The position numbers and the translations under genes were made by a program. The notes beneath the pieces are model-generated. The model was not told the origin of the DNA, ran no database searches, and saw nothing but the letters and a program-made list of their open reading frames with translations. From Betaproteobacteria bacterium (GTDB lineage: Bacteria; Pseudomonadota; Gammaproteobacteria; Burkholderiales; Burkholderiaceae_C), in the NCBI GenBank assembly GCA_031372905.1, contig JANMMD010000146.1:5326-69325 (forward strand): a stretch of DNA of 64,000 nt, written 5' to 3'. Shown here piece by piece: positions 38,475 through 45,367 of the stretch; position 1 is the stretch's first letter; the number at the start of each line of letters is the position of its first letter.

Positions 38475-39212
38475 TCAGGCCCGCCGGCGGCGCACCGCGA
38501 AGGCTGCCAGCAGCGCGGCGCCCGCGAGCGCCAGCGAGCCGGGTTCGGGCACGGTGTTGCGATTGCTGATGAGGTAGCCCTGCCGCGAGAGCTGCTGCGT
38601 CACGCCATTGGCCACCTGCAGGCCCACGGTGCCGTCGATGTTCTCGATGCCGATGCCGCCCTGGTTGCGCACGCCGACGGCGAGGTACTGGAACTCGATG
38701 TCATCCGTGCCTTCATGCAGCACGATCTGGAAAAGGTTGCTGGCGGTGCCGCTGCAGCAGTACGAAGCGCCGTAGCTGACCACGAACTCGCGGCTGCCGG
38801 CAGCGCCGAGGGTGGCGTAATTGACATAGCCGCCGGAGGTCGCTGGGAAGAGATCGTCGTGGTAGGCCGCAACCATGTTGTTCGGCCCCGCCGGGTTGGG
38901 CAGGCCAGGGCTCGAGCAGCAGCCGTTGCTCTGGCCCGGGCTGAAGCTCAAGAAGCCGTTGGAGCTGATGTAGGCCTGGGTGTAGCTGTTGCCGTAGAAA
39001 TCGAAGCTGAAGCCGAGGTTGATGGCCCCCGAGATGCAGTCGTCACAGCTCACGCCAGCGCTGGTGCCGCCGGTGCTGCGTTGGTTGTAGGCGATGTCGA
39101 CGCCGGCGTAACCGAAGGAGTCGGGGCCCGTGGCGCCCAGGGGCGAGGCGGATGCCAGGCCGCACCAGGCGAGCGTCAAGGCTGCGGCGGCACGCGAAAG
39201 GAAGGACAGCAT
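38475..39212 (-). CDS. secreted PEP-CTERM sorting-domain protein with an N-terminal NIDO-like domain
   Basis: The track ORF was trimmed to ATG 39212 (signal peptide MLSFLSRAAAALTLAWCGLASA). The C-terminus VPEPGSLALAGAALLAAFAVRRRRA is PEP motif + TM + basic tail. FSFDFYGNSYTQAYISSNGFLSF resembles the nidogen (NIDO) domain core. Confidence 0.85.
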   Translation of the reverse strand: MLSFLSRAAAALTLAWCGLASASPLGATGPDSFGYAGVDIAYNQRSTGGTSAGVSCDDCISGAINLGFSFDFYGNSYTQAYISSNGFLSFSPGQSNGCCSSPGLPNPAGPNNMVAAYHDDLFPATSGGYVNYATLGAAGSREFVVSYGASYCCSGTASNLFQIVLHEGTDDIEFQYLAVGVRNQGGIGIENIDGTVGLQVANGVTQQLSRQGYLISNRNTVPEPGSLALAGAALLAAFAVRRRRA

Positions 39213-39257
39213 GGGGTCTCGATTCTTCAAAGTTAGGGGGTACACCCCCCTAGTTTG

Positions 39258-39273
39258 AGCAGACTTCGGGCCA
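39258..39273 (-). promoter_or_regulatory. candidate sigma-54 promoter (TGGCCC-N5-CTGCT on the minus strand) upstream of the PEP-CTERM gene
   Basis: GG and GC have consensus spacing. Sits 46-61 nt upstream of the ATG. Followed by the near-palindrome TAGGGGGT-AC-ACCCCCCTA (39234-39252). Confidence 0.35.
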
Positions 39274-39462
39274 TCTCGACAAACTTGTTTGCTGATATGC
39301 ACTTGCGGAGGCCAAGGCCTTTCGCGCAGCCCATCGCTGTCAATCTTCCCGACAGATCGCGCGTGCATACCTCACGGTGGCTGAGCTGCGGCGAACCGTC
39401 GCGGCGACGTATCGGCGAGCGCCGGGCGCTATCGTGCGACTCCCTCAACTCGAGCTCTCGCC

Positions 39463-40236
39463 GTGAACTGGATGCGCTTCACCCACCAAGGCCAGCCCGT
39501 GCTGGGCCGGCTGCAAGGCGAGCAGGTACTGCTGCACACCGGCTCGCTGTTCGACGACCCGCAGCCCACGGGCGAGAGCCTGGCACTTGCCGATGTGCCG
39601 CCCAGCGCCTGGCTGCCGCCTTGCGTGCCCGGCAAGATCATCGGCTTGTGGAACAACTTCCGCGCTGCAGCGGCAAAGAACGGCTGGGCCGAACCGGCCG
39701 AGCCGCTGTATTTTCTGAAGAGCCCGGCCAGCGCCACTGGCCACGAACAGCCCATTCCCGCCGCGCCGGCCGAAGTGGGGCGCGTGGCCTACGAGGGCGA
39801 GCTGGCTGTGGTGATCGGGCGCCAGGCCCACCGCATCACGCGCGAAGAAGCTGCGGCCTGCATCTTCGGCTACACCTGTGCCAACGACGTGACGGCCATC
39901 GAGCTGCTGCACCGCGACGCCAGTTTTCCGCAGTGGACCCGCGCCAAGAGCTTCAAGGGCTTCGGCGCTTTCGGCCCGGCCATCCACACGAGCTTCGACC
40001 CTGCCGCCGCCACGCTGCGCACGTTGGTAGGCGGTCGCGAACGCCAGAACTATGCGCTGGCCGACATGTTCTTCGCACCCGAAGAACTGGTCTTCCGCAT
40101 CAGCCAGGACATGGCGCTGGAACCCGGCGACGTGATCCTGTGCGGCACCTCGCTGGGCGTGCTGCCGATGAAGCCGGGCACCACCGTCGAGGTGGTGGTC
40201 GACGGTCTGCAGACGCTGCGCAACGTCTACGGCTGA
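39463..40236 (+). CDS. fumarylacetoacetate hydrolase family protein (2-keto-4-pentenoate hydratase / HpcE-like)
   Basis: 257-aa ORF. YEGELAVVIGRQA, GYTCANDVTA and PGDVILCGT are typical FAH-fold motifs. Confidence 0.85.
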   Translation: MNWMRFTHQGQPVLGRLQGEQVLLHTGSLFDDPQPTGESLALADVPPSAWLPPCVPGKIIGLWNNFRAAAAKNGWAEPAEPLYFLKSPASATGHEQPIPAAPAEVGRVAYEGELAVVIGRQAHRITREEAAACIFGYTCANDVTAIELLHRDASFPQWTRAKSFKGFGAFGPAIHTSFDPAAATLRTLVGGRERQNYALADMFFAPEELVFRISQDMALEPGDVILCGTSLGVLPMKPGTTVEVVVDGLQTLRNVYG

Positions 40237-40243
40237 AGCGGCG

Positions 40244-40660
40244 TCAAGCCTTCTTCGACCAGGCGCTGCACCAGCCCTTTGCGCTGACCTGCCGGCCGGC
40301 AAAGATGGAACAAGGCCCGGCCGCGGCGCCCACGGCGCCGCTGTACAGGGCACAGCCGGCACAAGCCTGGCTGTCGGCATGCGTGGCGTATTTGGCCTTG
40401 TCGGCCTGGCTGGAAACGAGCACGTAGCCCAGCGCCACGGCCTGCGGCTCTGAGGGGCTCACGGTGCCACCAGCGGCTGCTGGCGCCGGAGCGGCCGCGG
40501 TGGTGTCGGCGGGCGCGGGCGCAGGGCCCGGCGATGCTGCTGGCGCAGGCGCGGTCGCCGCAGCAGGGGCCGGCGCACGGTCGGAACACGCGGCCAGCAG
40601 CGACGTGCCGCCAAGAGCGACCCAAGGGGCAATGGCAATGAAACGGCGGCGAGGATTCAT
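40244..40660 (-). CDS. high-potential iron-sulfur protein (HiPIP) with Tat signal, lipobox and long Ala/Pro linker
   Basis: Twin-arginine MNPRRRFIAI, lipobox LLAAC, about 45 aa of Ala/Pro-rich spacer, then a HiPIP core with four Cys (CAGCALYSG...GPCSIFAGRQVSAKGWCSAW). Confidence 0.85.
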   Translation of the reverse strand: MNPRRRFIAIAPWVALGGTSLLAACSDRAPAPAAATAPAPAASPGPAPAPADTTAAAPAPAAAGGTVSPSEPQAVALGYVLVSSQADKAKYATHADSQACAGCALYSGAVGAAAGPCSIFAGRQVSAKGWCSAWSKKA

Positions 40661-40708
40661 GCGGCAACTCTCAGTGACGGCGACGAAGACGCATTCTGGC
40701 GGGAGCGG

Positions 40709-41731
40709 CTAGGCCGTTCTGTGCGTTTTCGGACGCACGCGCAGCGCCGTCACCACGCCGGCCACCAGCAGGCCCACGCCGGCACCCGTCCACCAACCCG
40801 GCCTGGCGGCGCGCAGCAGGTAGGCGTAGCCCAGCGCGGCCAGCGTCTCGAAGACGATCAACTGCCCGGCCAGAGCCGGCGGCAGGCGTTGGCTGGCTTC
40901 GTTCCAGCACAAGGTGCCCAGCCAACTGGCGAAGAGGCCGATAGCCAGCATCAGGCCTATGAACAGCAGCGGCTGCGGCCCGAAGGGCATGGGAAACGGC
41001 GCGCCGGCCACCGCGCCTTCCTGGCCGCCAGCAGGCCCCAGGTGGGACGTGGCCGACCAGGCCCAGAACAGCGCGTAACCCACCAGCGCCATCGGCAGCG
41101 TCGCCAGGCCCTGCGCGGTGGCCCAGGCGCGCGGGCTGCGGTCGGCGTGGGCGCGCAACCACTCGGCATTGCGCAGCGGGTACCAGGTCCAGCAAGCCAC
41201 GGCCGCTACCGCCAGCACGGCGCCCAGGCCGTAGCGCAGCCTGTCGGTGTCGGCGGGCAGCTGCGAGGTCTCGGCGTGGTTCACGCACGCCAGCCCGGCG
41301 GCAATGAGCAAGAGCGATGGCAGCATGCGCAACCAGGGCAGCTTGCCTTCCTGCCGCTGGCCCGCCGCGGCGCTGCGCAGGTTGGCGCTGACGGCAATGA
41401 CGACCGGCAGCGTGCCGATGATCATCGTCGGCAACGGCCCGCCAGCGCGCTGTATGGCGGCGGCCAAGCACAAGTAATACAGCACGTTGCCGACGGCGGC
41501 CAGCTTCGCGGCCTCCACCCAATCGGCCCGTGAGAGCTCGGCCAGGCGGCGGCGGTCCCACCAGGCCAGGGGCAGCGCAATCAGGCCGAAGGCGAGGTAG
41601 CGGCCCATCGTCAACAACATCGCGGGGTAATCGGCCAGCATCGTCGGCGCGACGAAGACCAGGCCCCACATCAAGCCGGCGGCCAACGCGAAGAGCGTGC
41701 CCGTGGTCAAGGCGTGGCGGTGGCTGGTCAT
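40709..41731 (-). CDS. DMT superfamily (EamA-like) transporter
   Basis: The track ORF was trimmed to ATG 41731 (MTSHRHALTTGTLFALAAGLMWGLVFV). About 10 TM segments, with two EamA-like halves. Confidence 0.8.
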   Translation of the reverse strand: MTSHRHALTTGTLFALAAGLMWGLVFVAPTMLADYPAMLLTMGRYLAFGLIALPLAWWDRRRLAELSRADWVEAAKLAAVGNVLYYLCLAAAIQRAGGPLPTMIIGTLPVVIAVSANLRSAAAGQRQEGKLPWLRMLPSLLLIAAGLACVNHAETSQLPADTDRLRYGLGAVLAVAAVACWTWYPLRNAEWLRAHADRSPRAWATAQGLATLPMALVGYALFWAWSATSHLGPAGGQEGAVAGAPFPMPFGPQPLLFIGLMLAIGLFASWLGTLCWNEASQRLPPALAGQLIVFETLAALGYAYLLRAARPGWWTGAGVGLLVAGVVTALRVRPKTHRTA

Positions 41732-41806
41732 GGGCTCTGCATGGGGCTGCGCTGTTCGGCCTACGGAGCCGAAGCCGTGGACGGCGCAGCCGGCATGGCT
41801 GGCACG

Positions 41807-41860
41807 AATGGCGCGAAAGGCGTAAATGGCGTGAATGGCGTGAATGGCGCTAAAGGCGCA
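41807..41860. repeat. 9-bp tandem repeat x6 (AATGGCGCG AAAGGCGTA AATGGCGTG AATGGCGTG AATGGCGCT AAAGGCGCA)
   Basis: Read directly. Lies 76-129 nt upstream of the DMT transporter start and downstream of the H-NS-like gene. Confidence 0.9.
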
Positions 41861-41955
41861 GCGCTTGGCCAATCGCGCGCGCCGTCGCAGCGCACCAAAG
41901 CGCCGTGCGACCCGCCGAGGCGTGTAAGTCGCCGCCCCGGCTGGCGTCCGGAGCT

Positions 41956-42312
41956 TTACTTCACTGCGAAGTCTGCGAGCGTCTTGCCGCTGTTGATGGC
42001 ATCACGCAGCCATTGCGGGCGCTTGCCACGGCCGCCCCAGGTGCCGCCGCTGTCATTGCGGAACTTCACCTCGGCCACCGGTTTGGCAGAAGCCTTGCGG
42101 CCCCGCTTCTTCGCCGGCGCGGCGGCGGCCTTGGGCTTGGGGCCCGGCTTGGCACGGGGTGCAAAACCCAGGTCCTCGGCAGTCAGGCCGTACACGGTGA
42201 TGGCTTCCCGAATGCGGCCGACAACACCTTCAACTTCCTTGCGGCGAATCTTCTCGGCATCGGCCTTGAGGATTTCGATCTGCTTGACGATCTGGGCGTA
42301 GGATTTGGTCAT
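41956..42312 (-). CDS. H-NS family nucleoid-associated protein
   Basis: The track ORF was trimmed to ATG 42312 (MTKSYAQIVKQIEILKADAEKIRRKE, coiled-coil). Basic linker and C-terminal DNA-binding motif TWGGRGKRPQWL are present. Confidence 0.88.
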   Translation of the reverse strand: MTKSYAQIVKQIEILKADAEKIRRKEVEGVVGRIREAITVYGLTAEDLGFAPRAKPGPKPKAAAAPAKKRGRKASAKPVAEVKFRNDSGGTWGGRGKRPQWLRDAINSGKTLADFAVK

Positions 42313-42381
42313 GGATGAACTCGAATGGGTAACTCCCTGCGGGGGCCAGCACGGCTTTGGCAATGCAGCATCTATTGAAAG

Positions 42382-42403
42382 TATTGCGCTGCTTTGCGCA
42401 ATA
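42382..42403. promoter_or_regulatory. perfect 8-bp inverted repeat TATTGCGC-N6-GCGCAATA in an AT-rich spacer
   Basis: Read directly. Lies between the stop of the last photolyase-family gene (42460) and the H-NS-like start (42312). Could be a terminator stem or an operator. Confidence 0.4.
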
Positions 42404-42459
42404 TTATGGCCGCAAATCCCTCGAGTTTGTTTCGTGACGTAAATGCAACGCGTTGTCGA

Positions 42460-43647
42460 TCAAGCCTGCGTTAACTCGTGGGCATGTTGAATGCCCTTGG
42501 TGGCCCGCGTCCAGAACTGCGAAAACGATGCGCAGCGGTTTTGCGGCCATTGCAGCAATACCGGCACGCCCTGCAAATTCAAGACATCGAACTCCGGGCT
42601 CAAATGCGGGCTGTGTGTGCCGTGCACCCGTTGCGCCGCCGCCAACGCCTGCACCAGGCTGCTGGCCGTGCCGCACCAGCGCACGTTGCTGGCGGCCTGC
42701 AAACGCGTGCCGACAAAACGCCAACGCGCCGCACTCCAGGGCCAGCGCTGATGAAAGGCCGCATCGGCGACAGCCACTTTGACGGCGCCGATGGCAGCGG
42801 TGTTCTCTTCGCCCGCCAAGTCCCAGGGGTGCATCAGTTGCACCGCACGCCCGCGCACGGCCTCGGGGTCGGGTACGGCGAACAGGCCCTGAGGAGGCGC
42901 GGACAACAACGGCGGCTCTGCCACGGGCGTGCCGCCCTTGCCCACGGGCACGGCGCGCGATGAATGCGCGATGCGGTCGAGTTCTTCGTAACTGGTATCG
43001 ACCACGCTGCCGCGGCTGTGCCAATGGCGCGGCGCATAGCGCTCGACGTTCTCGGCATTGAACAGATACGGTTTGTGGCTGCCCGTGCCCGCCACCCATT
43101 GCCAGCTGAGATGGTTGCTGGCGAGATCGCCGTCCAGCAGATGCCCATACAGCCAATCGGCGCCGGCACGCCAATGCACCTTGCGCAGGTGCACCACGTA
43201 CGAGGCCAGCCACATGCGCGCATGGTTGTGCAGATAACCCGTGGCATACAGCGTGCGCACCGCCTGGTCGATGACGGGCACGCCAGTGGCCCCCTGGCGG
43301 ATGTCGGCCGGCAAATCGCGTGCATACGCGGCATCGGGCAGCACGCCCTGGTGCAGCGACTCGAAAATGCCCTCGCCTTCGTGCCACCAGACATGGTGGA
43401 AATACTCACGCCAGCCGAACTCGTAAATCAGCTTGTGCTGCACCGGCAAAGGCCCGCGCTGCAGCACGCCTGCCAGCGCCTGCGGCAAGGTGATGAGACC
43501 GTGAGTGAGATAAGGCGACAGGCGTGTCACGTCGCCATCGAGCGCATTGCGCGTGCGCGCATAGGCGGCCGGCCGCACCGCAGCCACGCGGGCGCGCGCC
43601 GCGGCGGGCGTGGGCTCGAATTCGTCCTGGGCAAAGAGATCGTTCAT
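42460..43647 (-). CDS. cryptochrome/photolyase-family protein with inverted domain order (NewPHL-like): N-terminal FAD-binding helical domain plus a C-terminal capping domain
   Basis: The track ORF was trimmed to ATG 43647 (MNDLFAQDEF...). Residues 1 to about 230 carry the FAD-domain motifs (TRLSPYLTHGLITL, WREYFHHV, GYLHNHARMWLASY, LLDGDLASNHLSWQWVAGTG). There is no N-terminal alpha/beta domain. About 165 extra C-terminal residues follow. Confidence 0.75.
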   Translation of the reverse strand: MNDLFAQDEFEPTPAAARARVAAVRPAAYARTRNALDGDVTRLSPYLTHGLITLPQALAGVLQRGPLPVQHKLIYEFGWREYFHHVWWHEGEGIFESLHQGVLPDAAYARDLPADIRQGATGVPVIDQAVRTLYATGYLHNHARMWLASYVVHLRKVHWRAGADWLYGHLLDGDLASNHLSWQWVAGTGSHKPYLFNAENVERYAPRHWHSRGSVVDTSYEELDRIAHSSRAVPVGKGGTPVAEPPLLSAPPQGLFAVPDPEAVRGRAVQLMHPWDLAGEENTAAIGAVKVAVADAAFHQRWPWSAARWRFVGTRLQAASNVRWCGTASSLVQALAAAQRVHGTHSPHLSPEFDVLNLQGVPVLLQWPQNRCASFSQFWTRATKGIQHAHELTQA

Positions 43648-43655
43648 GCCGGTAC

Positions 43656-45200
43656 TCACGAATCGGCCCATGCACCAGCGCGAACGGCGGCAGCGCGGCG
43701 GCGTATCGCGGTCCGTTCCGGCTCGGCCAGGCGCGCCACGTTCTTGATCTGCAAGGCCATGCGCGGGTGGCTGGCAAAGCGCGCTTCGTGCGTCATCAGA
43801 AAATCCCAGTACAGCGTGGTGTAGGGGCAGGCCGTGGGCCCGGTGCGAACCGCCGGCTTGAAGCGGCAGCCCCGGCAGTGGTTGCTCATGCGTTCGATGT
43901 ACTTGCCGGTGGCTGCATAAGGTTTGCTGGCCATCAGGCCGCCATCGGCGTATTGACTCATGCCCAGGGTGTTGGGCAATTCCACCCATTCCACGGCATC
44001 GACATAAACGCTCAGGTACCAGCCGTGCACCTGTTTCGGGTCGACGCCATGCAGCAGCAGGTACAGGCCCGTGACCATCAAGCGCTGGATGTGGTGGGCA
44101 TAGCCGAGTTGCAGCGTTTGCGTGACGGCGTCGCGCAAACACGCCATGGGCACGTCGCCGGTCCAGAACCACGCCGGCAGTTCGGCCCGCGCCTCCAGCG
44201 CATTGAGTTCGAGGTAGGCCGGCATCTTCTGCCAGTAGATGCCGCGCACGTATTCGCGCCAGCCCAGCACCTGGCGGATGAAACCCTCCACCGCCGCCAG
44301 CGGCGCGCGGCCGGCGCGCCACGCGGCTTCTGCGGCGGCCACCACTTCGCGCGGGTTCAACAGCTTCAGGTTCAGCGCCACGGAGACATGCGAGTGGTAC
44401 AGCCAGGGCTGGCCTTCCCACATCGCGTCTTGCCAATGGCCAAAGCTCGCCAGGCGTTCATCGACAAAAACCTGCAGCACCTGCAAGGCCTGCTCGCGCG
44501 TGACAGGCCAGCCGAACTCGGCCAGCTGGCCCGGGTGGGTGGCGTAACGCTGCTGCACAAATTCGATCACCTCGCGGGTGATGGCGTCGGGCGAAAAGCG
44601 CGTCGGCGCGGGCACGAAGCCCGGCCCCTTGACACCGAAACTCTCGCGGTTCTCGGCGTCGTAATTCCACTCCCCGCCGGCCGGTTGATCACCGTCGTCG
44701 CCGTCCATCAGCACACGGTGGCGGCGCCGCATCTCGCGGTAGAAATACTCCATGCGCAGCTGTTTGCGGCCTTTCGCGTGCGCCGCGAATTCCGCGCCGG
44801 TGCACATGAAATGCCGGTCCTCCCGCAATTCCAGCGCCACGCCAGCGCCAGCGCAGGCGTCTTGCAAGGCCTGGCGAACGCGCCATTCGCCAGGCTCGGT
44901 CATCACGACCTTTTTCACGGCGAGCGCCGCCAGCGTGACGGCCAGTGCAGCGCCGAGAGAACCGGGCGCGTCGCCGACGTAATTCAGCGGCACGCCCTCT
45001 TCACGCAAGGCTGCCGCGAAATGGCGCATCGCAGAGAGAAACACCGTCAGCCGCTGCTGGCTGCACCACACGTGAGTGGCTTCTTCGGCGGCCTCGCACA
45101 TCCAGGCCTGGTCCAGCGCGGGGTCGAAACCATCCCAGGCGCTGGCCGCGCGGTCGAGCTGATCACCGAGCACGACGACGAGGTGACGGATCTTCTTCAT
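43656..45200 (-). CDS. Fe-S cluster-containing bacterial cryptochrome/photolyase (FeS-BCP; PhrB/CryB-type (6-4) photolyase family, COG3046)
   Basis: MKKIRHLVVVLGDQLD N-terminus. Four conserved Cys fit the [4Fe-4S] ligand pattern (PMAC ... NHCRGC ... PTACPY). The start was taken at ATG 45200, which overlaps the DUF2256 stop (ATGA). Confidence 0.85.
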   Translation of the reverse strand: MKKIRHLVVVLGDQLDRAASAWDGFDPALDQAWMCEAAEEATHVWCSQQRLTVFLSAMRHFAAALREEGVPLNYVGDAPGSLGAALAVTLAALAVKKVVMTEPGEWRVRQALQDACAGAGVALELREDRHFMCTGAEFAAHAKGRKQLRMEYFYREMRRRHRVLMDGDDGDQPAGGEWNYDAENRESFGVKGPGFVPAPTRFSPDAITREVIEFVQQRYATHPGQLAEFGWPVTREQALQVLQVFVDERLASFGHWQDAMWEGQPWLYHSHVSVALNLKLLNPREVVAAAEAAWRAGRAPLAAVEGFIRQVLGWREYVRGIYWQKMPAYLELNALEARAELPAWFWTGDVPMACLRDAVTQTLQLGYAHHIQRLMVTGLYLLLHGVDPKQVHGWYLSVYVDAVEWVELPNTLGMSQYADGGLMASKPYAATGKYIERMSNHCRGCRFKPAVRTGPTACPYTTLYWDFLMTHEARFASHPRMALQIKNVARLAEPERTAIRRRAAAVRAGAWADS

Positions 45201-45367
45201 GGGGGATTTCCGGTCTTCTTGTGTTTGCGGCAGGCGTCGGAGCAATAGCGCACCTCGGCCCAGTTCTTGGCCCAGGCCTTGCGCCAGCTCATGGGCCGCC
45301 CGCAGGCCAGGCAGGGTTTGCTGGGCAGCGCGGCCTTGTTGCCCTTGAAACCTGGCTCGCGCGGCAT
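45197..45367 (-). CDS. DUF2256 domain-containing small zinc-ribbon protein (56 aa)
   Basis: Absent from the track (below 60 aa). Reverse translation gives MPREPGFKGNKAALPSKPCLACGRPMSWRKAWAKNWAEVRYCSDACRKHKKTGNPP, with CxxC ... CxxxC spacing. ATGA overlaps occur at both ends with the flanking photolyase genes. Confidence 0.8.
   Translation of the reverse strand: MPREPGFKGNKAALPSKPCLACGRPMSWRKAWAKNWAEVRYCSDACRKHKKTGNPP

Noticed and set aside
42360-42371. Shared 12-mer GCAATGCAGCAT upstream of the H-NS-like gene and of the porin gene (57698..57709). Shared 11-mer AAAGTTAGGGG at 26828..26838 and 39229..39239.
   Set aside because: With about 2x10^9 position pairs in 64 kb, many exact 11-12-mer coincidences are expected by chance. 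There is no further similarity around them.
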